Part shown: positions 7,089-17,766 of the stretch, one piece after another
Layout of the letters: every line of letters starts with the position of its first letter
Position numbering within the stretch: the first letter of the stretch is position 1
Source: Thermoproteus sp.
Lineage (GTDB): Archaea > Thermoproteota > Thermoprotei > Thermoproteales > Thermoproteaceae
Assembly (NCBI GenBank): GCA_049976425.1
Contig: JBMFIG010000001.1
Location: 1 to 64,000, forward strand
Direction: 5' to 3'
DNA length: 64,000 bases
Position numbers and translations under genes: made by a program
Notes under the pieces: generated by a model
What the model saw: the letters and a program-made list of their open reading frames with translations, nothing else
Database searches by the model: none
What the model was told of the DNA's origin: nothing

Positions 7089-9471
7089 ATATATCTTTAG
7101 TCGTTGCTTCAGGTCTTCCCGAGCTACGCAAGAGCTCTATGACCCTCACGTCGACTCCATTGGCCGCTATCTCTCTGGGCAGATCGCCGGTCTGCGTCGC
7201 CACCACTATCTGGTACTCAGAGCTGAGCGACGCGATGAGGCCCGCCAGCGACGATCTGACGTTGGGATCCACATAGGGCAGAGGGTCGTCGAGCAGGAGG
7301 AAGCCCAGCTTGGGACCCAACAGCCTGCGCATGGATATCACGAGCGAGAGAGCCGCCGCCAGCCTCTGCCCGTCGCTGAGCTTGGAGATACCCACGACGT
7401 TTCCGTCGGCTAGCCTAGCCTCAACCTCATACGCCTTGTCCCTCAGCGTCAGCCTCAACGACTCGATATCCCTATACGGGTATATCTTCGAGAAGTTCCT
7501 CCACAGCTCGTCCTCTATCTCCTTAATTATCCTAGATCTAACATTATATTTTAATATATCTATTTTATTTGTTATATTAGAGAATCTATTATATGCATAC
7601 ATATACTTCTCCAGCTTAGATCTCAAGGAGTCGAGCTCCTCGTCTACGCTAGCCAGAACCTCCGAGAGCCTTCTCAGCTCGTCGTATACGTCCGCCTTCC
7701 TCCTCCTCGTCCTGTCAAGCTCCTCGGAGATCCTCCGGAACTCCTCCTCGGCCTCCAGAGCCGCGCCGCTTAGGCCTAAGTTCTTGAGCTCCCTCTCCAA
7801 GCCCTCCAGCTCCTCGCGGAGCTGCCTTATCCTAAGAGCCTTGTTGTACCTCCTGACCACCTCCTCTATGGCTTCCGGAGTCACGTCGTTTAGGAAGCCC
7901 GCCAACAGCTCGAGGCGGCGCGAGATCTGGGACGACGACTTGGCGGCTTGGTCCAACCTCGCCTTGATTTTCTCCTCCTCGCCGGCCAGCCTCTCCAGCT
8001 CCTCCCTGGCTTTAAGATACTCCGAGACGGGCCCGAGCAACGACGCCATCTCCTTGTAGGCGCTCTCCAGGGCCTCCAACTCCTCCCTGGCCTTCTCCAG
8101 CTGCTCGAGCTCCTGCGAGTACTCCCTCTCTATATCCTTCAATCTGCTGGACGCGACATCCCTATCCAACTTGCCGCCGCATACGGGACACCTCTCGGCG
8201 CCTGTCTCCAAAACGTACAGGAGGATGTACCTCAACGACGAGGCGTAGTTGGCCCTTCTCTCAAGCTCCTTGACCTTCTCCCTCATCTCGTCTAGCTTTA
8301 TCTTGATCTCTTCGGGGGGCCCGTAGCGCGCCGAGATCTCCTTGAACCTCTTGTAGGCCTCCCCGAGCTGGTCGACCCTCGCCCTAAGCCTCGAGATCTC
8401 CGCCCGTATCTCGTCCAGTTTAGCCGCCAGAGACTTCCTCTGGGCCTCGGCCGCCGAGAGGGCCTCCTCAAGAGAGCTCTTGACCTTGGCGAGCTCCCTA
8501 TACGCCTCTTGGAGGAGCTCCGCCAGTTTGGCCGCGTCGGGCTCCCGCGATATCCTCTCTATCATCTGCGGATCTATCATGTGCTCGAACTCCGACATGA
8601 CGCCGACAAACCTATCCCTCAACTCCTCTATCTGTCCCAGCTCCGAGGCGTAGGAGTAGCCGGACTCCTCGAGCAACTCCAGCTCCGACTTGGCCCTATA
8701 ATAGGCGTTTATCTTGTCCTGGAGACTCGACAGCTTGTCCACATATCTACGCCTCTCCTCCAAGAGCTCCCTATATCTCGACGAGAGGTCGGCCTCCCGC
8801 CGCGTGAGGCCCTCAAGCTCCCTCTCGAGCGACGCCTTGACCTCCTTCAACTTAGACAGACCTCCATACTTCTCTATTATATCCCTATATTTCTCGTAAT
8901 ATGATATTTTTATTCTAATTTTTTCTATTTCTTTCATTATATTTTTTAATATATTATTTATTATTTTCTGAGTGTTATCTAATATATCGATCTGAAGTAT
9001 TTTATCTATCAGCGAGGTTCTCTTAAGCCTATCGCCGTGGATGAAGTCCTCGAGCGCGTAGTGGGATATATAGATCACCCTGTCGTAGTCGTCGCTCGTT
9101 ATCCCGGTCAGCTCGGCGAGCGCTCTCTCGGCGTCTTCGTCGGTATATCTGCGGTCGTCCAGCCTAAGCTCTAGGCGGCTCCGGCCTCCCCTCCCCACCG
9201 ACCGCCTCACCAGGGCTTTTCTGGACCCGTCGGTCAGCTCCAGCTCCACCAAGGCGCTGTCGGAGTTGAGGTTGATCAAGTCCGCGAGCCTCGCTATCCT
9301 CTGCCTGACCTCCAGTTCCTTTCCGAATAGGGCGAACTCAACCGCCTGCAACAACGAGGATTTGCCGGCGCCGACTCTGCCGACGATGGCCGTCACCGGC
9401 GATAGCCGGAATTCGTACTCGCCTTCGTAGACCTTGAAGTCCCTTAGCTTAATCCTCGCGATCCTCCACAT
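7072..9471 (-). CDS. Arcadin-4, SMC/Rad50-like ATPase
   Basis: Walker A GRVGAGKSS, long coiled coils, central CPVCG hook, LSDGQR signature, LLLDDP Walker B; position in the Arcade cluster. Confidence 0.85.
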   Translation of the reverse strand: MWRIARIKLRDFKVYEGEYEFRLSPVTAIVGRVGAGKSSLLQAVEFALFGKELEVRQRIARLADLINLNSDSALVELELTDGSRKALVRRSVGRGGRSRLELRLDDRRYTDEDAERALAELTGITSDDYDRVIYISHYALEDFIHGDRLKRTSLIDKILQIDILDNTQKIINNILKNIMKEIEKIRIKISYYEKYRDIIEKYGGLSKLKEVKASLERELEGLTRREADLSSRYRELLEERRRYVDKLSSLQDKINAYYRAKSELELLEESGYSYASELGQIEELRDRFVGVMSEFEHMIDPQMIERISREPDAAKLAELLQEAYRELAKVKSSLEEALSAAEAQRKSLAAKLDEIRAEISRLRARVDQLGEAYKRFKEISARYGPPEEIKIKLDEMREKVKELERRANYASSLRYILLYVLETGAERCPVCGGKLDRDVASSRLKDIEREYSQELEQLEKAREELEALESAYKEMASLLGPVSEYLKAREELERLAGEEEKIKARLDQAAKSSSQISRRLELLAGFLNDVTPEAIEEVVRRYNKALRIRQLREELEGLERELKNLGLSGAALEAEEEFRRISEELDRTRRRKADVYDELRRLSEVLASVDEELDSLRSKLEKYMYAYNRFSNITNKIDILKYNVRSRIIKEIEDELWRNFSKIYPYRDIESLRLTLRDKAYEVEARLADGNVVGISKLSDGQRLAAALSLVISMRRLLGPKLGFLLLDDPLPYVDPNVRSSLAGLIASLSSEYQIVVATQTGDLPREIAANGVDVRVIELLRSSGRPEATTKDIFAGKD

Positions 9472-9625
9472 AGATCCCCCACTGCGAGAGGATTTCCTTC
9501 ACCTTCCCCCTGGCCCCCTTAGGGCCCGAGGATCTATACGCCCTGATTATATCCATTACTATATCTATGTCCGAGCCCTCCAAGATCTTCCTTGCCTCCT
9601 CCTCGATTATCTTGAAAATATCCAC
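9449..9625 (-). CDS. Arcadin-3 (58 aa; missing from ORF track)
   Basis: GTG start, MDIFKIIEEEARKILEGSDIDIVMDIIRAYRSSGPKGARGKVKEILSQWGIYVEDRED*; lies between arcadin-2 and arcadin-4. Confidence 0.75.
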   Translation of the reverse strand: MDIFKIIEEEARKILEGSDIDIVMDIIRAYRSSGPKGARGKVKEILSQWGIYVEDRED

Positions 9626-9654
9626 GTACGTATCGCGGCTTGTTTATATTTACG

Positions 9655-11572
<1,918 letters not shown>

Positions 11573-11908
11573 TCAGCTGGGCCTTATTTTAATTATTCCT
11601 TGATCGATCTCTATATCGACGCTGTCGCCTACGTCGACGTCTCCAAGCGACTCCGCCTCATCGTCGGTGAGCCAGATGGTGAGGCGCGGCACGGCTATCT
11701 TGTTAAGGGAGAAGGGGAGGGATCTGATTATCTGGGACACCAGCGGCATTATCTCCCTCGCCACCGGAGCCGTCTGCTCGTCTGACGGCGCCATCACTAG
11801 AGGGCCCGGCACATCCTTTTCCTCCACGACGTCTATCTTCACGTAACGGGTGCCTGTGGGATCCGCGACCAGCTGTTTGCTTACTACTACGCCCTTTACC
11901 ACGACCAC
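11573..11908 (-). CDS. Arcadin-1
   Basis: 111-aa beta-rich protein immediately upstream of crenactin. Confidence 0.8.
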   Translation of the reverse strand: MVVVKGVVVSKQLVADPTGTRYVKIDVVEEKDVPGPLVMAPSDEQTAPVAREIMPLVSQIIRSLPFSLNKIAVPRLTIWLTDDEAESLGDVDVGDSVDIEIDQGIIKIRPS

Positions 11909-12004
11909 GAGGATTCACCTATACCTGTAATTAAACTTAACCGATCGGCGGAGGACAAGCGGCGGGCGCCGAGATCGCAACGGCCCGCCTAATCCTCTAA
12001 AAAA

Positions 12005-12286
12005 TTATGCCATTTCGAGTACTACCTCGACGGCGGCTACTGTCCTCTCCCTCCCGCCTTGGCCTTGGACCTTGTCGCTGAGCAACTTGACCTCCTTTAT
12101 GTTGACCTTGCCGGGGAGGAACCGGTCGCGCACCATCACAGCGGCCGCAACAGCCTTGGAGATAGCCGCTCCCCTAGCCTTCAGCACCACCTTTCTCGTA
12201 CCCGCGTTGAACGCCATCACCGTAGCTATTATGTAGTTCGTAGTGGGTTTTTTACCCACCAATATTGTTTGTTCTGTCGCTGCCAT
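12005..12286 (-). CDS. albA: DNA/RNA-binding protein Alba
   Basis: ILVGKKPTTNY...VVLKARGAAISKAV. Confidence 0.95.
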   Translation of the reverse strand: MAATEQTILVGKKPTTNYIIATVMAFNAGTRKVVLKARGAAISKAVAAAVMVRDRFLPGKVNIKEVKLLSDKVQGQGGRERTVAAVEVVLEMA

Positions 12287-12366
12287 GAACCGCCATGCTA
12301 TTGGTCTTTATTTAAAGATTACTCCGGCGCGTGCCACCGCGCGCGGATATCCTTAATTAAGTCCCA

Positions 12367-13122
12367 GTGATCTTGCGCGACGTGGAGGACTTAATATACA
12401 AAGCCGCCTATGGCCGACGGCGCGAGATCTTGCTCATACTATATAGCGAGGGCGCTACCAGTTTAAATAAGCTCAGAAGCAGGTTGGGCGTCTCGTCGTC
12501 GGCGCTTTTATTCGACATATCTGCGCTCGAGGCTCTGGGGCTTATCAAGAGGGACGGCGGCTTCGTCGAGCTGACCGACGAGGGGGTAAAGGTGGCGTCT
12601 ATCCTATTGTCTGTGGCCCCTCTGAAGAACCTGTCGATACTGGAGGCGCTGGGGCTACGCCCGTTCGTGGTCCCCATGCTCGCGTCGCCGTACCTCAACG
12701 CGGTCGCCGCGTTGTTGTTAGTAATATGGACGGCGTCTATATATGTCTCTAAGTCGGCACTAATAGGTATTATATATAGTTATATTTTTACTAATATTTA
12801 TAATATTTTATTTATTTCTATTTTATCTTTTATTTTTATTTTATTCTCAATTTACTTTATTACACATAGAAGAGTTCTTTTAACTCATATAATAATTGGT
12901 TTATTTCCATTATTAATTTATCCTTCAATTTCTATTATAATAGAAAATTATAATATTCTATATGCATTAAAATTTATATTGTTATTACTATCATGCGGCA
13001 CGCTGTCCACTGTGACCTCTTATGATATGGGTTCCAAATACGAGACCGCGTTATTGGCCTACCTTACAGGTATGTTCGTGATCCCTATACTTGTTTACCT
13101 AGTATTACATGTTTATATATAA
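12367..13122 (+). CDS. wHTH (ArsR-like) protein fused to a multi-pass membrane domain
   Basis: RRREILLILYSEG...LELTDEG HTH followed by ~5 hydrophobic helices. Confidence 0.7.
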   Translation: MILRDVEDLIYKAAYGRRREILLILYSEGATSLNKLRSRLGVSSSALLFDISALEALGLIKRDGGFVELTDEGVKVASILLSVAPLKNLSILEALGLRPFVVPMLASPYLNAVAALLLVIWTASIYVSKSALIGIIYSYIFTNIYNILFISILSFIFILFSIYFITHRRVLLTHIIIGLFPLLIYPSISIIIENYNILYALKFILLLLSCGTLSTVTSYDMGSKYETALLAYLTGMFVIPILVYLVLHVYI

Positions 13123-13633
13123 ACCACAAGAAGATAGCTATGTAACTCTAAATCTACTATCTAGAATAAATGGTAAATTTGATATATGTGTAGATGTAGG
13201 CGCCGGCTCGTGTATACTCACGCGCACGTTGGGCAGACTCTGCAAGCGCGTCGTGGCCGTGGATATAAACCCCTACGCGTGCGCTGGATGTAAGGAGTAC
13301 GACGTGCTGTGCGCGCACGGGCTCTCGGCCATATCTAGAGCCGACTTAGTGGTCAGCAACCCGCCTTATCTGCCGCCCGAGGAGCCGCCCGTGGATTTGG
13401 AGGCAGTAGCCATCTACGATTACGGGCTTATCCACCACATATTGAGGTGGGCGTTCGCCTACAGGCCGCGCCTGCTGGTGTTGACGTACAGCACCTTGGG
13501 CAGGGCCGACGCGATCGAGGACGCGGTGTCGGCGCTAGGCAGAATAGTGGATAGGGAAGTCGTCCACCGGTTTTTCGAGGATATCGTGGCTATTGCTGTC
13601 GAGCCTCTGCGCCCAGTCTCTGGAAGTTCTTGA
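13109..13633 (+). CDS. HemK/PrmC-like SAM methyltransferase
   Basis: YKPQEDS, DVGAGS and SNPPY motifs. Confidence 0.85.
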   Translation: MFIYKPQEDSYVTLNLLSRINGKFDICVDVGAGSCILTRTLGRLCKRVVAVDINPYACAGCKEYDVLCAHGLSAISRADLVVSNPPYLPPEEPPVDLEAVAIYDYGLIHHILRWAFAYRPRLLVLTYSTLGRADAIEDAVSALGRIVDREVVHRFFEDIVAIAVEPLRPVSGSS

Positions 13634-14597
13634 GCCTTATATGCAACAACGACTCTAGTATGTCGCTTATATATTCGTTTATCCTCACAGCGCTGTCTCT
13701 AGCCAGCGAGGTGGCGGGGTCGGACAGAACCACTTCCTTCCTCATCTTGAGGGACCAGTCGGTGAGCTCTCTATAGAGGGCGGCCAGCTTCATGTCGTCG
13801 ACGTTGCCGCCGAAGAAGTCCATGAGGATGCCCATATGCTCCACGGCCCTTTCTAGGATCGGCCTCACTACCCTCAAGTCCACCTTCTCCTCTTGATTTA
13901 TATAGGATATCTTGCATATATGGTCAGCTATTCTCTCTATCGATTTAGCTATTATCGTGTACTCGACCAAATCGCGGGGATCTTCGACCTTTAATTCCAG
14001 CATTATGTAGCGCGACATGGCGGCTCTCTTGAGCTGGCGCTCGACGAGCCAGTAGAGCCTGTCCACCTCGTCGTCCCGCTCGGTGACATCTCTCAGCAAC
14101 TCCATGTTATCCGTCTCCAGACCCTTTACCAGATCGAGCAACATATTGTCGGCGAGCTTCAACATCTTGAGGACTACGTCGCCTATGGCCAGCTCTGTGG
14201 CGGCCACCATAGCCTGGACGACCAGCTTGTCGCTGGACTCCTCAGTTATCTCCATGTCGACGACCCTCCTCCTGACGAAATCCTTGAGGTGTTTACGGTA
14301 CTGGGTAGCTCCGGGGGCAAACCTTATAGTTATGACTTCAGCCCCCGCGATGTAGATAGACATGAAGATCTTCTCCAGCTCCTCTACGCTCGTCTTCTCG
14401 TCGACGTAGAGCTCCACGGACAGCGACGTTCGCCGGCCCAGTTTCCGCGGTATTAGGATCAACGTGTTGTCGGGCTGAGGCACTATAAGCACCTCGTCGC
14501 CTGGCGATAGGTTGGTCCGTCGTGCCCATTCCTTAGGCAAACTGACTATGAGGGTGGCGCCGCCCGTCAACTGTACCCTACGCACCTCGCCTTCCAT
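13590..14597 (-). CDS. PhoU-family phosphate uptake regulator with N-terminal AbrB domain
   Basis: RRVQLTGGATLIVSLPKEWA; DDEVDRLY; KSIERIADH. Confidence 0.9.
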   Translation of the reverse strand: MEGEVRRVQLTGGATLIVSLPKEWARRTNLSPGDEVLIVPQPDNTLILIPRKLGRRTSLSVELYVDEKTSVEELEKIFMSIYIAGAEVITIRFAPGATQYRKHLKDFVRRRVVDMEITEESSDKLVVQAMVAATELAIGDVVLKMLKLADNMLLDLVKGLETDNMELLRDVTERDDEVDRLYWLVERQLKRAAMSRYIMLELKVEDPRDLVEYTIIAKSIERIADHICKISYINQEEKVDLRVVRPILERAVEHMGILMDFFGGNVDDMKLAALYRELTDWSLKMRKEVVLSDPATSLARDSAVRINEYISDILESLLHIRLKNFQRLGAEARQQ

Positions 14598-14709
14598 GGT
14601 GTTATCTTGAAGACCTATATATAACTATTTATTGCATATACTCATTCCCTGTATATATATACAATCTATATGATATAATAAATAATATTATTTTTCTTAA
14701 ATAAAATAT

Positions 14710-15813
14710 TTAATCTATAAATTTATTGCCTCTAATTTTATCTTTTATATAGTCATGAAGATATTTTAACCCATGTGCCGACAAGGCCTCTATTTCAACT
14801 TTCTTCTTGGTCTTCAGGAAATACTCCAGCTCCTTCTTCCAGACGTCGTTCTGGAACCATGGGTATTTGAGGAGCTCTTGCGCCCTCTTTACGTCTCTGT
14901 CGGTAGCTCTTATCACGAACTGGTCGGGTATCTTGTACCTCTCTATGTCGAGAGGTGCCACCCCGAGGAACTTGGCCTTAGGCGTCGCCAGCCGCTCGCT
15001 CTCGTAGCTGAGCTTTATCGAGCCGCTTTTGTATACGGAGTAGATGTAGATTCCGTAGGGGTCGCCGTCCGTCAGCACGTAGACCGGCAACTTGTACTCC
15101 TCGTTAAGCCTTTTGACAAACCTCCTAGTGGCTCTGTCGGGCATGCCCTTCGCGGTTATTAACACCGCGTTTTCCTGCGACCAGAACTTCTCCCTGACTA
15201 GACGTTGGAATATCGCGTCCTTTTCTATGACCAAGACGTAGGAGGCCTCGACCTTGACTATCTCCAACGCATCGACATTGACGGGGAGGCTGAGGGCCGT
15301 CTCGCCGAATTTGGAGGCGTCCAGCTCGTATCCCTGGGAGCGCACCACTATAGGGCCCACCACCTTGCCCTTCACGTCCGCGCTGATGCCCATCTCCTCC
15401 CTCAATATATTCGTCGCCACCTCTATATCTTCTATAACTCCGTTGGACTCCGCCTGCTCGTCCCAGGTGTTCTCCCTATGGACTCTGCCCAACGGGTCCT
15501 TGAATACTATCGTGTGTTTTCCGTTGTAGTAGAGGTCGCGTATCGTCGGGTACACGTCGGCCCTCATGGCGTCCACTATCAGCCTCAACATCAACACGGT
15601 CTGCATAAACCTCCTGGACTCCTTCACGTCGAGGAACCTCCTGTGTATCTTCTCGGGGCCCAGCCTCAACATCCTCGCCTTCTCGTCCCATATGGTATTG
15701 CTGAGGGTGCGGGCCGGTATCTCCATGACGGGCTCCTTGAGGCTCAACACCGATTTCGCGAGCTCGGTCCCCCACTCCTCCAACCGCTTTAAGAAATCAG
15801 CCCGGCTGCTCAC
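14710..15813 (-). CDS. top6A: DNA topoisomerase VI subunit A
   Basis: TIRDLYY catalytic Tyr, IEKDAIF, TDGDPYG, KVEIEAL. Confidence 0.95.
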   Translation of the reverse strand: MSSRADFLKRLEEWGTELAKSVLSLKEPVMEIPARTLSNTIWDEKARMLRLGPEKIHRRFLDVKESRRFMQTVLMLRLIVDAMRADVYPTIRDLYYNGKHTIVFKDPLGRVHRENTWDEQAESNGVIEDIEVATNILREEMGISADVKGKVVGPIVVRSQGYELDASKFGETALSLPVNVDALEIVKVEASYVLVIEKDAIFQRLVREKFWSQENAVLITAKGMPDRATRRFVKRLNEEYKLPVYVLTDGDPYGIYIYSVYKSGSIKLSYESERLATPKAKFLGVAPLDIERYKIPDQFVIRATDRDVKRAQELLKYPWFQNDVWKKELEYFLKTKKKVEIEALSAHGLKYLHDYIKDKIRGNKFID

Positions 15814-16063
15814 AGGGCACTTAGCGTGGGCAATATATATCGTTTTGCCGGCGCAAAGGCGTTTCTGGGATCCGCGCCGGGACCGTGCGCCGGTTAGTCA
15901 CAGCCCCGTGCCATGCACACTTGTACGATCTAACTCTCGAAACGAAATCCGGCGATTGCCCACGTCTTGAGGACGTACGTTGCTAAGTGCGTATACGAGA
16001 CGGCCTACGGCAACCTCATAGGTCCAAAAGCTATATGGACGGCCAATATTCTTGGCAAAATTA

Positions 16064-16345
16064 TCATCTCCTCTTGGTGTCGAACGGATTCTCCCTCGAC
16101 GATATCTCCTTTATCAAGTCCTCCAGCCTATCTAATATCTCGGCTCCTTTAGGCGTCAGCGTTATCTCCGCGCCGTCCCTCACCAAGCCTCTCTCGACTA
16201 AGTAGTCTAGGTACCGTTGGAAACTGCGGTAGTTGAGCCCGGACATGAGGGCGAGGCTACGCCTCTTCCTGACCCCGTCCCTTATCAACGCAAGTATTCT
16301 GGCTAACACGTAGAAGTCAGGTAAGAAGTCTTCTTCCCCGCTCAT
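16064..16345 (-). CDS. Small winged-helix protein
   Basis: LALMSGLNYRSFQRYLDYLVERGLV...ITLTPKG. Confidence 0.8.
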   Translation of the reverse strand: MSGEEDFLPDFYVLARILALIRDGVRKRRSLALMSGLNYRSFQRYLDYLVERGLVRDGAEITLTPKGAEILDRLEDLIKEISSRENPFDTKRR

Positions 16346-16946
16346 AGAGCTCCATGGATCTAGCCACCGCGTCGTTCACGCTCCCTATGGATCTCCAATA
16401 AGCCAGCAACGATGCCGACACCGCCGTGTGGAGCCCGCCGATGATGGCGAGAGCGTAGAAGGGCCAGCTCAGAGGCGATTGGAAGTAGCGATCTAGTATC
16501 TGTATCTGGAATAGCATCGTCTTGTTGTGAATAGTGGCGTTGTATACGACGATCCACAAGGCCGTCCCCTTGCTGACGTCCACAAGCCTCAGAACAGTCG
16601 AGGGAGGCCAGAAGAAGTAGAGGTATAGGGATAGGGCGCCGACGGCTAACAAGGTAGCGTAGGCCGTGACAGCTAGAGGGACCGAGGCCGCGCAGAACCG
16701 CCGTCTTCTATAGAGGTATCCGAAAGCGCCTATATCGTCCCATCTAGACTGCAGAAATCTCGGCGCCATGGCCACCGCCAATGACGAGGCAGCCAAAGCT
16801 AGGTACCATATGCGGTCAATCCGCCCAATGACGTACAGGTAATGGATGAGGAGGGCCAGCCAGGGCATCGCCAGAGATCCGGCAAATATAATAAATCTTC
16901 TTCTACATTTATCAGCATATGTTGAAGGACTAAATCTTTTATCCAT
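16317..16946 (-). CDS. Hypothetical membrane protein (~4 TM)
   Basis: Four hydrophobic segments; overlaps the wHTH gene. Confidence 0.7.
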   Translation of the reverse strand: MDKRFSPSTYADKCRRRFIIFAGSLAMPWLALLIHYLYVIGRIDRIWYLALAASSLAVAMAPRFLQSRWDDIGAFGYLYRRRRFCAASVPLAVTAYATLLAVGALSLYLYFFWPPSTVLRLVDVSKGTALWIVVYNATIHNKTMLFQIQILDRYFQSPLSWPFYALAIIGGLHTAVSASLLAYWRSIGSVNDAVARSMELYERGRRLLT

Positions 16947-16976
16947 AAGAATTTAAAAATATAAGTTTTAAAAATT

Positions 16977-17696
16977 TTACCAAATGTATGCCGTTAGAGT
17001 TCCTTGGTATGTTACTGTTGCTGTAAACGGATTGAAGACTATGGCATACGCGGTATACACGCCATTAAGGTTAAACCCGTAGCTCAAACTACCTCCCCAG
17101 CCGCAGTACCCCTCGCCGTTGCCTGTCTCCGCATAGAAGTACCCAACGCACAGCCCCGTGGACGTAGGGCTCCACGATAGGTTGAACTGGAGAGCCAAGG
17201 CGCCTGGGTATGGGCCGTACATGTCCTGACTTCCTGGCGGTAGAGTTCCGCCTATGTTCTGGGAGACGGCTATGATCTGCGGCCTCGTCGACTGCGTATT
17301 CGTAGCGTCGACTTTTCTTATGCCCGAACTGTGTATGGTCACGTTGGTGAGAACTATCTCGGTCCCGTTGTCAAAGATTACCTCTATGGCCTTGATAGTG
17401 CCGTTCTCTATCACTGCTTTCAGCCTCACCTTTATCACGTTATCCGTCGTTGTAAAGTTGGGCACTTTATCGGCTATCCTTATGCCTGAATCGCGATACA
17501 TGTGTAGCTTCAGAACCGCGAATACTGTGCCGTTATCGTACAGCGCTATCAACTTATCGCCCCTAACCAACAACTCCACGTGAAACGGCTTGGGCCCAGC
17601 GCCTGACAGCTTATTGACAGATCCCGCATACGCCAGATATGCGGTCAACAGAGCGGCTATCGCCACACCGACCACTACTGCGTAGATCTTCTTCAT
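16977..17696 (-). CDS. Secreted or membrane-anchored hypothetical protein (likely start MKKIY at 17696; alternative 17708)
   Basis: Signal peptide, duplicated DNGT...H..SGIR..D motif, C-terminal aromatic/Gly-rich beta domain with two Cys. Confidence 0.75.
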   Translation of the reverse strand: MKKIYAVVVGVAIAALLTAYLAYAGSVNKLSGAGPKPFHVELLVRGDKLIALYDNGTVFAVLKLHMYRDSGIRIADKVPNFTTTDNVIKVRLKAVIENGTIKAIEVIFDNGTEIVLTNVTIHSSGIRKVDATNTQSTRPQIIAVSQNIGGTLPPGSQDMYGPYPGALALQFNLSWSPTSTGLCVGYFYAETGNGEGYCGWGGSLSYGFNLNGVYTAYAIVFNPFTATVTYQGTLTAYIW

Positions 17697-17728
17697 GCCG
17701 CCGCTCATTTTTTGATCAATAAAAAATT

Positions 17729-17747
17729 TGCATACTCAAAGTATGCA
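17729..17747. promoter_or_regulatory. Operator-like palindrome upstream of the three-gene insert
   Basis: TGCATACT-CAA-AGTATGCA, a perfect 8-bp inverted repeat adjacent to the TATA-like element. Confidence 0.55.
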
Positions 17748-17766
17748 GGCAACCGGCAACGGCCGA

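Noticed and set aside
15841-17762. Terminal inverted repeats (TTGCCGG / CCGGCAA) bounding the top6 insert
   Set aside because: Only 7 bp in GC-rich DNA, with no target duplication or transposase.
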